Assembly: GCA_963819125.1 (NCBI GenBank)
Contig: CAWFUQ010000009.1
Span: forward strand, 13,813 to 77,812
Origin: Terriglobia bacterium
GTDB taxonomy: Bacteria > Acidobacteriota > Terriglobia > Bryobacterales > Bryobacteraceae
Direction of reading: 5' to 3'
DNA length: 64,000 nucleotides
Part shown: piece after piece, positions 30,639-39,490 of the stretch
Position numbering within the stretch: the stretch's first letter is position 1
Layout of the letters: the number at the start of each line of letters is the position of its first letter
Translations under genes and position numbers: made by a program
Notes under the pieces: generated by a model
Database searches by the model: none
Seen by the model: only the letters and a program-made list of their open reading frames with translations
Told to the model about the DNA's origin: nothing

Positions 30639-32543
30639 ATGAGGCCGTCCATGTCGATCAACAAACAGGCACTTTATCGTTTCAATCCGTTCTACCTGGA
30701 CGTCCGCGAGCGGCGCCTTTGGCGGTCCGGCGAGGCCGTTTCGTTGAGCCCCAAGGTCATGGACACATTGATACTCCTTGTGGAAAACGCGGGAGGGTTG
30801 GTGGAACGCTCCACCATGAGGGATCGCCTCTGGCCTGGACAAATCGTCGAAGAGGGCACGCTAGCACGCGTCATCGCTGATCTGCGAAAGGCATTGGGAG
30901 ACGTCGCCGAGGCACGGTCGTTTGACGCCCGGCGGTACATCGAGACGGTGCCCAAGCATGGCTACCGGTTTGTCGCGTCCGTTGAGGAAGAACACTTCAC
31001 GGATGTGAACCCCGTGGAATCTCTCGATTCGATTGAGCCTCCAGTCAGTTCGCCGGCGGTGCCTGCTCATTCCATACCCGCTAGTGGAAGATGGAGGACG
31101 CGAGGGATCGTCGCCCTCGCGCTCGGAATCGTGCTGCTCTCGGGGGCGGCGTACGCCTTTAGCTGGATGCGTCACCCGCAGCCAGTGGTTCAAACCCTCC
31201 TGATTACGCCGTTGGAAATCGTCGAAGACACGCCTGAAGCAATCCTTGTTCAACGCGGGCTTCAGGACTCGCTAACCATGGAACTGAGCGGCCTTTCGGG
31301 ATTGGCGGTGATCGAGTTCAAGCCCGAGAGGGCGGCCAAATTAGAAGATCCCGCCGAACTCGGGCGCCGCCGCAAGACGGGATTTGTTCTAGCAGGAAGT
31401 ATCCAGACGGCTGGCGGGCGGATTCATATCAACGCGCGGCTGCTTCGGAGTGCGACCGGCGAGGCGATATGGGCGCAAAGCTTCGAGGAAAATTCAGGCG
31501 ATCTACTGAAGATGGAAGCGCGCCTGGCGAAGCTCGCGGTAAGCGAATTGGTTCCCGCGCTTCCAGCCGATGAAGACCGCCGCATGGCCCGCAGGCGGCC
31601 CTCGAGTGCGGCGGCCTATCGTTATTACTTGTTGGGCCGGCATTACTGGAATAAGCGCGACCAGAACGCGTACGCCCAGGCAATCGATAACTTCAAGAGA
31701 GCGGCTGACGCCGATCCCCAATACGGCCCGGCATACGTGGGCCTCGCCGACTCCTATCTTCTTCAGATCGGTGCGCCGCACTGCTCCGTCCAGGAGATGC
31801 TCCCGCTCGCCAAGGCCGCGATCGAGAAAGCGATCCAGGTGGATCCTTCCTTGGGCGAGGCTCATGCGACTCTTGCCCTAATGGCCGGCAATTACGATTT
31901 CGATTGGGATCGGGAGGAGCACGAGTTGAGATCCGCAATCCAGATGGCTCCCAACTACGTCACGGCGCATCATTGGTATGCGGAGTTCCTGACGATGATG
32001 GGAAAATTTAGCGAGTCGGAAGCGGAATTCGAAGTGGCTCGTAACCTGGATCCGGCCTCGCCCATCATCTTGACCGATCTGGCGCAGCTCTACAACTTCG
32101 AGAGGAACTACAGCCGTTCGCTTCAGACACTGGATGAAGTCCTGAAACTGGATGCATCATTCCACTTGGCGCACGATCGAAAAGGATATGCTTTGATGCT
32201 CATGCGTCGTCCGGGGGAAGCGATGAATGAATTCAATACTGGCGATCGAAGTGCCGGACGTCAAGGCTGGATCGGGGAACAGGCTTGGGCCGCTGCGGCA
32301 GGAGGGGCACGCCGGGAGGCCCTACAATGGGCACGCTCAGCGGAACTGGATAACCCCAATCCATTTATGCTCAGCGTCATCTGGGCCGAACTCGGTGAAA
32401 AAGATCGCGCGATGGATTGGCTACAGAAGGCCTACGACAGCCGCACTCCAGGGCTGATTTCATTGAAGGTCAATCCCATTTTCGATGGTCTAAGATCTTC
32501 TGCAAGATTTCACGCCATTCTGCATCAAATGAACTTGCTTTGA
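30639..32543 (+). CDS. CadC/OmpR-type winged-helix regulator with TM, TolB-like and TPR regions
   Basis: YRFNPFYLDVRERRLWRSGEAVSLSPKVMDTLILLVENAGGLVER...ETVPKHGYRFV, then TM IVALALGIVLLSGAAYAF, then TPR repeats. It is a paralog of 58129..60399. Confidence 0.8.
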   Translation: MRPSMSINKQALYRFNPFYLDVRERRLWRSGEAVSLSPKVMDTLILLVENAGGLVERSTMRDRLWPGQIVEEGTLARVIADLRKALGDVAEARSFDARRYIETVPKHGYRFVASVEEEHFTDVNPVESLDSIEPPVSSPAVPAHSIPASGRWRTRGIVALALGIVLLSGAAYAFSWMRHPQPVVQTLLITPLEIVEDTPEAILVQRGLQDSLTMELSGLSGLAVIEFKPERAAKLEDPAELGRRRKTGFVLAGSIQTAGGRIHINARLLRSATGEAIWAQSFEENSGDLLKMEARLAKLAVSELVPALPADEDRRMARRRPSSAAAYRYYLLGRHYWNKRDQNAYAQAIDNFKRAADADPQYGPAYVGLADSYLLQIGAPHCSVQEMLPLAKAAIEKAIQVDPSLGEAHATLALMAGNYDFDWDREEHELRSAIQMAPNYVTAHHWYAEFLTMMGKFSESEAEFEVARNLDPASPIILTDLAQLYNFERNYSRSLQTLDEVLKLDASFHLAHDRKGYALMLMRRPGEAMNEFNTGDRSAGRQGWIGEQAWAAAAGGARREALQWARSAELDNPNPFMLSVIWAELGEKDRAMDWLQKAYDSRTPGLISLKVNPIFDGLRSSARFHAILHQMNLL

Positions 32544-32890
32544 AAAACGCATGGCGCCTGTGCCAAGGCAACTCCTTTTTTATCTTCCGATGATGTCTCA
32601 ATCCCGGCCCTTCATTTGCTGCGGATCGGGAGCCTCGGGAATCCTGAAGTCGACCGTGGCGTTGAATCGTAATTCGGTTCTCGCGAGGCTCCCGACGACG
32701 GGAGAAACCGCGCGCGTGGAGTCATCAAGCCGCGGGTTCGTCAAAATCGGCCCGCGAATTGGCATCGGTAGCTTCGGCAGGATCGACGCCTGGGCTTGCG
32801 CGCCAATGCTGATGCGGCGCGATAACCACCATTGAACTAAGCCGCTGCGCGGCGGATTGCCGATTATTGTAGGTCGCGGAAGGAGATTCC

Positions 32891-33028
32891 GTGACCCAAC
32901 TTCGCAAACGAATGCAGGAGGAGATGCGGCGCCGCAACTACTCCGAATCCACGATTGTCTGCTACCTGCGGCAGATAACCGAGTTCGCTGAACACTTCGG
33001 ACGGGAGCACCATGGAAGCCCCGGTTGA
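32891..33028 (+). pseudogene. tyrosine-recombinase N-terminal (SAM-like) fragment
   Basis: A GTG-started 45-codon ORF reads VTQLRKRMQEEMRRRNYSESTIVCYLRQITEFAEHFGREHHGSPG*. This matches the N-terminus of phage-integrase-family recombinases, but the catalytic domain is missing. Confidence 0.55.
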
Positions 33029-33049
33029 GATAGCGTCAGGAGTAACTCA

Positions 33050-34096
33050 ATGCGGTTTACCGCAAAATACGATCGTTCGCAAGAAGCGGGAGGCCTACAC
33101 GTAGTGTCCGGAAACTCTGAGGAGCGCGATGACACAGTTCATCTGGTTCTGTCGCCGATGGAGTGGAAAGAGGTTCGCGCGCTCGCACACTTTGCCCAGT
33201 GCGGGCTGGCATACGATTGCTCGGCTCCGTATGTCACGCAGGTCTTCGTGTACCACCTGTCGCAACCCGAAGACCTCCAGTATGACGAGGACCTGCAGGC
33301 TGCGTTTTCAGCCGTCGGCGACTTGGCAGAAACTTTTCCCGCCGATGGCGGAAATGGAGACGATGTCACCCTTGGACTGCCCAAGGAGGAGATGCGCCAA
33401 CTTTTTGTTGTTCTCAGCATTGCAGCAGGCGCCGAAGAACAGGCTGCCTTTCTATACAATGGCGATTGCGCTGGGTATCATTATCCGTTTCCCGATCTCG
33501 CCGGTTCGCCTTCTGACTACGTCGAAGCCTTCGACAATCTTCTTACCTCGCTTCATCACGACAAGTCTGTGGTTATCGACGTAAAGTCGAGAGACAACGC
33601 CGTTCAGCAACTGGATGCGAAGAAGCTCCCTCTAGAACTTCGTACGTACCTTGAGGGCGCAATTAGAAATCTCAGAGCGCAGCATCCAGCGATATACGCA
33701 GACGACACCCGCACAATCGAGACTCAGACCGACGAGCTTATTGATAAGGTGAATTCGGAAAGTATCAGACGATACCAAGCCACCCCTCCCTCCAATCCGG
33801 AGAGTGCTCCTACTTCCACACCAAGGAATCCGTTTGAGCACAGTGAATTAAAAGCGCGCGTTGAAGAACAGGGTGGGACGATCAGTGCCGCACTTACAGC
33901 AGACCAGTTGCGGTCACAGTTGCCAGCCGGGCAATGGGAACAGATTACAAATATTGATCCTGAACTGATTAATGCAGAAAGAGAAAGACAACGAACAGCA
34001 TTCACTCCAAATTTAAGAAGGTATAACCTCGAAAGGCGGCTGGCAAAAGCGCTGGTGATAGATGAACGAATAAACCCGTATGTGCGTGCGCAATAG
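33050..34096 (+). CDS. hypothetical protein (acidic, no recognised domain)
   Basis: 348-aa ORF whose composition is visibly AT-richer than the flanks, especially the 3' third. Confidence 0.5.
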   Translation: MRFTAKYDRSQEAGGLHVVSGNSEERDDTVHLVLSPMEWKEVRALAHFAQCGLAYDCSAPYVTQVFVYHLSQPEDLQYDEDLQAAFSAVGDLAETFPADGGNGDDVTLGLPKEEMRQLFVVLSIAAGAEEQAAFLYNGDCAGYHYPFPDLAGSPSDYVEAFDNLLTSLHHDKSVVIDVKSRDNAVQQLDAKKLPLELRTYLEGAIRNLRAQHPAIYADDTRTIETQTDELIDKVNSESIRRYQATPPSNPESAPTSTPRNPFEHSELKARVEEQGGTISAALTADQLRSQLPAGQWEQITNIDPELINAERERQRTAFTPNLRRYNLERRLAKALVIDERINPYVRAQ

Positions 34097-34254
34097 CCTA
34101 TGCCGCACAGCGGGCAAAGGGGATTTAGGAAGTCGCGCGCGCCCAACCCCTAGGAAGCTCAGGCTATCTTATCCGGTTCGCGCGGATGGGGCTACAATGG
34201 ACCTGCGATCGTCGGCAATATCAGCCCCACGCTCCTGCCGAAATGGAGAAACCG

Positions 34255-34647
34255 ATGAAATGGTTTTGCGTTGTCTCTACTTTGTTGCCGATCTGTGCAT
34301 CTGCCGGGGAGACCAACTGCCCGGTGCCGCCGGGAGCTGTACAGATCGCGATTCCTTCTGGATTGCCGCCAGCATTACGCGATGCAATGAGCGACATCGC
34401 TCTGCCGGGCGAACCGTTTGACACCACCGACGTATTCGTCAAGGGACATAAGCACGGTCGTTACATCTTCGTCTGGAATGCGGGCACGCGGTGGATCGTG
34501 GCGACCGAACGAGGGGGCATTGCGCTGCACTCGGCGATTTCGGTTTATGACCTCGGCAAGGATGGCAAGACGGTAAGGTTGATCGACCAGCGCATCGGAT
34601 CTCCCACCAACGTGTGCGGACCTGCCACCAAGCTGGCCGGAAAGTGA
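34255..34647 (+). CDS. secreted hypothetical protein
   Basis: MKWFCVVSTLLPICASAGE is signal-like. 130 aa with no known domain. Confidence 0.5.
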   Translation: MKWFCVVSTLLPICASAGETNCPVPPGAVQIAIPSGLPPALRDAMSDIALPGEPFDTTDVFVKGHKHGRYIFVWNAGTRWIVATERGGIALHSAISVYDLGKDGKTVRLIDQRIGSPTNVCGPATKLAGK

Positions 34648-34739
34648 ATCCTAATCGGCGTCGATAAGCGATGCACAGGAAGCTGAAGGAAAACTTCCCG
34701 CCGTCGCCACGGAGGCAACCTTGACGAAAGGAACAAAGC

Positions 34740-35087
34740 ATGTCCTCTGACCGCGAGATACTCGAGGCATTGCTATACGAGGCATCAGGGCAATCGGCGC
34801 CCTTTCAAAGCCTGATCCACGACTATTCCGCGGATGTCATGAACGACCCCGAAGTCCACCGCCTGTTCAAGTCACGCCTTGATGCCGACCTGCCGATGCT
34901 GCGGGAGATCGAAGTCCTGAAGGCTTCGCTGCACGTACCGGCGGCGGGGCCGCTCACACCGGCAATGAGCGAAGTGCTACTGGCAGCGCAAACGCTGGCC
35001 GCCACTTGCCATACGAGCCTGAGTGAGATCGCCGCCCTCGTGGCGATCGAGCTCTTCTATAAGCGGCGCGATAATGCTCCCCGATAG
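34740..35087 (+). CDS. hypothetical protein
   Basis: 115-aa helical ORF with no known domain. Confidence 0.4.
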   Translation: MSSDREILEALLYEASGQSAPFQSLIHDYSADVMNDPEVHRLFKSRLDADLPMLREIEVLKASLHVPAAGPLTPAMSEVLLAAQTLAATCHTSLSEIAALVAIELFYKRRDNAPR

Positions 35088-35177
35088 CTGAATGGGCGGC
35101 GCAAGTGACCGGCGATTCGTCGCGGGCCCAGAGTCTGCGTAACCGCTTTACTCCCCGAGAAACGGCAGCGCGGTCGT

Positions 35178-35957
35178 TTAGTTGCTTCGCCACACCAGCG
35201 TTCCCGCGATCAAATCGTGTATGCCTTGTTTCTTCTGTGTGAAGGCGACGACGAGGCAACTCACCAGACCAAATATTGGGAAGGTTTCAATGATCCAACG
35301 GACAAACCCGGTGCCCAGCGAGATCCGGTTGCCTTCGAGATCGGTTACCTTAAGTCCCATAGCGCGCTTTCCAAGACTTGCCTGGTGCACCGAACTTTCG
35401 GTAATCGCGCCGTACAGGGCCGTAACGATCACGGACATTAAAATGGTGACGGGCACGAACAGGTCGAGTATCGGCACCAGCTCAAGGATTCCGAAAGTCA
35501 GAATGAGCACCAGCGTATCGATCAAATCCGCCACGACCCGAACCCCAAACCCCGCATAACTGGCTTGGCCCGCGATCCCAAGACCCGCTGAATTCCCGCA
35601 AATCGGACAGAAGTTGGTACCGGCAACGATAGGCGATCGGCACCGGCTACAAAGAAATGGATCAACCATTATCGGCCGTGGAGCCCCTTCGGGATGGGGC
35701 GGCGGAGCAGAGCCGGCTCTAGTTCCGCAGGCAGGGCAGAACTTGACGTCAGCCATGAACTCGGTCCCGCACTTGCCGCATAGCATCGTCGCTGTTGCAA
35801 ACGGCGGCGGAGGAATGGTCGAGCCTCCTGGCGCAGAGGCTGCGGCGGTCGCGGCCATTGGCTGAAACACCATGGCTCCGCCACAATTGGGGCAGAACTT
35901 CATCCCCGCAGCCGACTGAAATCCACATTTGCTGCAAGAGGAAATTGTTGTCGTCAT
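35178..35957 (-). CDS. triple zinc-ribbon plus RDD-family membrane protein
   Basis: Three C..CG...KFCP.CG units are followed by an RDD core (YAGFGVRVVADLIDT...LGKRAMGLKVTDLEG...GIHDLIAGTLVW). Confidence 0.8.
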   Translation of the reverse strand: MTTTISSCSKCGFQSAAGMKFCPNCGGAMVFQPMAATAAASAPGGSTIPPPPFATATMLCGKCGTEFMADVKFCPACGTRAGSAPPPHPEGAPRPIMVDPFLCSRCRSPIVAGTNFCPICGNSAGLGIAGQASYAGFGVRVVADLIDTLVLILTFGILELVPILDLFVPVTILMSVIVTALYGAITESSVHQASLGKRAMGLKVTDLEGNRISLGTGFVRWIIETFPIFGLVSCLVVAFTQKKQGIHDLIAGTLVWRSN

Positions 35958-36065
35958 CGACGCTCCTTACCGAGTAACGGTGATTGAGTGATTATAGACT
36001 AGGCACCCGATCGCGCTACTCACTTCATCAGACCCTCGCGTACAGGTTCCATTACAAGCGGATAG

Positions 36066-36491
36066 TCAGGACCTTTTGTGGCCGCAATCGGGGCAAAACT
36101 TGACGCCACTTGGATACGGAGATCCGCATTGCGGACAAGCAATCCGTTGCTGGAGCGGCTTTCCACATTCCCCACAGAACATCGGCCCTTGTGACTCCGC
36201 GCCACAGGCGCCACAAATCGAGGGCGCCGCGCGATGGGCAGGTGACACTTCGCTCCTGAAATCGCTGGCGCCCGTCAGGGGTGGCGGTGAACCTGCGCTC
36301 GTGACCGTGCCGCTCCCGGTTTCCGAACGATCCTGCCTGGTCAATAACCAGCCCGCGAACACCAGAATCACGACGATGATCACGATACCCAGGATCCAGT
36401 CTTGAGCAGAGTCAGCAGTGTTGGCCACTTTAGTGATGAAGGGAATCACCATCACAAGAGCCAGAATGATCCCGAGGATTAATTTTTTCAT
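36066..36491 (-). CDS. membrane protein with C-terminal double zinc ribbon
   Basis: Internal start MKKLILGIILALVMVIPF. Two TM helices are followed by CGACGAESQGPMFCGECGKPL...CPQCGSPYPSGVKFCPDCG. Confidence 0.65.
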   Translation of the reverse strand: MKKLILGIILALVMVIPFITKVANTADSAQDWILGIVIIVVILVFAGWLLTRQDRSETGSGTVTSAGSPPPLTGASDFRSEVSPAHRAAPSICGACGAESQGPMFCGECGKPLQQRIACPQCGSPYPSGVKFCPDCGHKRS

Positions 36492-36511
36492 GCCGCCACC
36501 TCGTCTATGAT

Positions 36512-36874
36512 TTACACGATCGTCCCGCACTCGGGACAAAACCTGGTTCCCTCTTGAAGTTGTGCACGGCAATGGGAGCACGTATTTTGGGGCTGGAATG
36601 GCTTGCCGCATGCGGGGCAAAACTTGGCGCCCGTCGATCGCGTGCCGCAACCTGAACACACGGAAAGAGCCCCGCCGTTCGCGGGAGGCGCGCCGGGCTG
36701 CGGAGCCCTCGGGCGGTCGAATCGAGTCAACCACCAGCCGACCAGGAGCGCGATGGCTACGAGACCGAGGCCGATTGCCCAGTCGCCAGCCGAATCGGCT
36801 TTGATCGCGATGCCGGCGATGAATACTACCAGCCCCACGATCCCGAGGATCTGTCCCGAAGTCCAGCCTTTCAT
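36512..36874 (-). CDS. membrane protein with C-terminal double zinc ribbon (paralog)
   Basis: Two TM helices are followed by CSGCGTRSTGAKFCPACGKPF...CSHCRAQLQEGTRFCPECG. The architecture matches 36066..36491. Confidence 0.65.
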   Translation of the reverse strand: MKGWTSGQILGIVGLVVFIAGIAIKADSAGDWAIGLGLVAIALLVGWWLTRFDRPRAPQPGAPPANGGALSVCSGCGTRSTGAKFCPACGKPFQPQNTCSHCRAQLQEGTRFCPECGTIV

Positions 36875-36959
36875 TTAGACCAATCCTCAACCACGCGCGA
36901 GCCTAAACTTCGGGCTCCGCAGTTGCGGCGGAATCGGGCTCGACCGCTCACCGCATGTT

Positions 36960-38219
36960 TCATTTCGCGGCAGGGATTTCCTTCATGTCCTCGCAGGCTT
37001 TTCTCTCTCCACCTGCACACGCCTTGCGATAGAGTTCCAAAGCACGAGCGTAATCCCGCACCACGCCCTTGGCGTCCCGATAACGGGCCGCAGCAGCAGC
37101 GCACCCTTCCGCGCTTCCCGCGTCGCATGCCTGGACGAACATCGCCGTCGCGTAGCTCTGACTGTCCTTGACGCTCTTGCCGTTCACCCCGAACAGCGAC
37201 ATCGTCCTGGCCCGATCGACCAGCTCGTCCACCTTTTTCACGGCTTCACAACTTGCGGCGCGGCCGGCCTCACACGCCTTTCGATGGAGCTGCATCGCCT
37301 TCACCGGGTCTGGTGCCGTCCCGCGCCCTTCCGCATTCATGACCGCGGCCTTGCCACACGCTTCCACATCGCCGGCATCGCAATTCCGTTCGTAGAACAG
37401 GCGATCGAATACATCTCTACCCTTCTCAGCGTCGGTTTGGGCTCTCCCTGGCTGGTCTTTCAGCAATTTCGTGGGATCGAAATCGCGATGTTCGAAGTCG
37501 TAATTTGATTTGTCCTCGCGTGCCTTCTCGGCGGCTTTCCGCTGCTGATTTTTCATGACCGTCCGCACGGCGACGATCGACAACACCAGAGCCACGACTA
37601 CGCCGGCAATGACTAGCCACACAGTTCCCGAGGACTGCGCACGTCCCGGCGCGCCGGCCGTCATTGCCAGCAAAGGCTTCCCGCATTTTGGACAGAACTT
37701 ACCTCCTTGTCCGGGCGCTCCGCAAGCTGCGCAGAATGACGGTGCTTGGACCACGGCGGCGGCCTCCACGGGAGTCTCCATGGCAAAGCGCGGCGTTTGG
37801 TCCACGACGACGGGCGGACTCGCTTGGTGCTGAAATATTTCCCGGGCGGGCGAAAAGTAGATCAACCCCAGGGTCAATCCGTTCAGCAGCGTCAAGCAGG
37901 TTTCGCAGAGGTCGGTCCAGCCGGTGGTGACGAATGGTCCCAGCAACAGGGACAAGAGCTGGACCACGATGGTGGTGACCAGATAAAAAACGGGCGCCCC
38001 ACGCCAGACCACGAAAAGACAAATGTTCGAGGCCAGATAAGCGAGAGCGAACCCGATCGCCAACACCGTGGCGCCCGGGACGATGAGATCTTTGTTCGCA
38101 GAGATGCTCTGCAGCGCGAAAGGAAGTGACGAGCTCGTCAGGTACGAGGCGAGCCCCATCGCCAGTCCCACGGGAATCTGCAGCAGAATCAGAAGTCGAA
38201 GCAGGCGTTTCGCAGGCAT
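36960..38219 (-). CDS. polytopic membrane protein with zinc ribbon, TM and Sel1-like C-terminal repeats
   Basis: Start at MPAKRLL. A 4-TM N-domain is followed by FCAACGAPGQGGKFCPKCGKPL, a TM helix and Cys-containing Sel1-like repeats (ACEAGRAASCE, ACDAGSAEGCAAAAARY, ACAGGERKACEDM). Confidence 0.7.
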   Translation of the reverse strand: MPAKRLLRLLILLQIPVGLAMGLASYLTSSSLPFALQSISANKDLIVPGATVLAIGFALAYLASNICLFVVWRGAPVFYLVTTIVVQLLSLLLGPFVTTGWTDLCETCLTLLNGLTLGLIYFSPAREIFQHQASPPVVVDQTPRFAMETPVEAAAVVQAPSFCAACGAPGQGGKFCPKCGKPLLAMTAGAPGRAQSSGTVWLVIAGVVVALVLSIVAVRTVMKNQQRKAAEKAREDKSNYDFEHRDFDPTKLLKDQPGRAQTDAEKGRDVFDRLFYERNCDAGDVEACGKAAVMNAEGRGTAPDPVKAMQLHRKACEAGRAASCEAVKKVDELVDRARTMSLFGVNGKSVKDSQSYATAMFVQACDAGSAEGCAAAAARYRDAKGVVRDYARALELYRKACAGGERKACEDMKEIPAAK

Positions 38220-38230
38220 AGTCGCTTCAC

Positions 38231-38780
38231 TCACAGAAAAGATTTGCCGCACTGCGTGCAAAATTTCGTTCCATCATTGGCGGTGCCGCAGGCTGGGCAG
38301 AACAGCACCCGTCTTGCCGCGACGTGTGGGCGCGGCGGTGCGGGTGTTGCGGGGGCTGGTTTCAGGTTCAGGCCGTCATACTGCTCCTTGAGCGGCGAGC
38401 TATAGATCATCATGAAGATGACTCCCGTCAGCACAACATTCGCCGAATGAAAAAAAATCCATCGAGCCGCTTCTGACCAGTGGCCCATGGACAATCGACA
38501 CGAGAATCGAAATCAAGTTGACGCCCGCGTACAGCGGCCGCGCGACATTCGAAAAGGCGCACAGACCGATACCCGCGCCGACCAGACCGATGAACAAGAT
38601 CAGGAAGGCGAGAAGGTCGACCCTGGATCCGAACCGAGCGGATAGCGGAGAGACGTCAGCCAGCGACGCCGCAAATTCTCCAAACAATCTGGGAGCGGAT
38701 AAGCTGATCGAGACGCGCTGCCCGATCCAGAGCGCCGCCTGAAGCGCCACCAGCATTCGAAGAATGTTTTTCGTTGGCAT
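38231..38780 (-). CDS. paralog of the N-domain plus zinc ribbon of 36960..38219, frame broken at an A8/T8 run
   Basis: ORFs 38400..38780 and 38231..38494 join into one paralog-like protein if one base is removed from the 8-nt homopolymer at 38460..38467. GPLVRSGSMDFFHSANVVLTGVIFMMIYSSPLKE aligns with GPFVTTGWTDLCETCLTLLNGLTLGLIYFSPARE. Confidence 0.55.
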
Positions 38781-38849
38781 ACCGGTTTCCGTCGCGACTG
38801 AGCTACTATATCGCGATCCAATCCGTAAGACCCCGCGCTGAGCCGTTCA

Positions 38850-39472
38850 TTACAGCCCGGACACGGGTGCTGAGACGATTTGCCACCCGCCTGCCTCCAG
38901 CCACATCCGGGTCACCTTGGCGGCATCGACGAAGCTGGCGCGGGCGAGGACGGGTCGCGGATGAAGAATCCGGTGATCTCTTCCGACAGAGCGTCTCGCG
39001 CCACGCCCTCGATCAGGACGGCATGGTTGGCTTCGATCATGCTGGGCTCGTCGGCGCGATCCCATAGCTCGGCTGCATTTACGAACGCGATGACATTCGA
39101 GCCCGCCTCGATATTCTGCGCCAAGTCCTCGAGCGAGTGTCCGCGCTCGGAATCGGCGGGCGCGTCGGAATTCGCAAGCAGACGGAGCAAATGATCTTGA
39201 GACACTCCCCCAGAAAGCGCGACGTCGGATGCGTCGTCGCACCAGCCGAGGTGCATGCCGCGAGTCACCAGATCGCCCTCCGAAAGTGCCCTGCCTAGGT
39301 AGAGCGCGCCCGCCGCCAGACTGCTGGTGTTCTCGAACCCGAAAGGATTGCTGAGCTGCGGCGTCGATTCCGCGGTCATATCCACGCCTGCCACGGTCAT
39401 GTCGCGGCCCCGGATCACCTCGCGGCGGACCGAAACATCGACTTGAAGCGGAACCTCTCGAAAATTAGACAT
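38850..39472 (-). CDS. papain-fold peptidase-like protein, Cys->Ser variant (paralog of 50680..51390), C-terminal frame break
   Basis: GFENTSSLAAGAL aligns with GFQGTCGLCSCEN, SLEDLAQNIEAGSNVIAFVNAAELW with TLEDLAGNIEQGRGVIIGVNAGVLW, and NHAVLIEGVARD with NHAITVTGVARD. The tail ASFVDAAKVTRMWLEAGGWQIV (like AKFVDAAMMREGWEEVGGSQVV) is in another frame, with the shift near 38935..38950. Confidence 0.6.
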
Positions 39473-39490
39473 AGAACATAACCTCCAATC

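Noticed and set aside
32731-32756. Hairpin CGCGGG-TTCGTCAAAATCGG-CCCGCG, containing GGTTCG, considered as a tRNA T-arm or att remnant next to the recombinase fragment.
   Set aside because: The loop is 14 nt rather than 7. I could not fold acceptor, D or anticodon arms around it.
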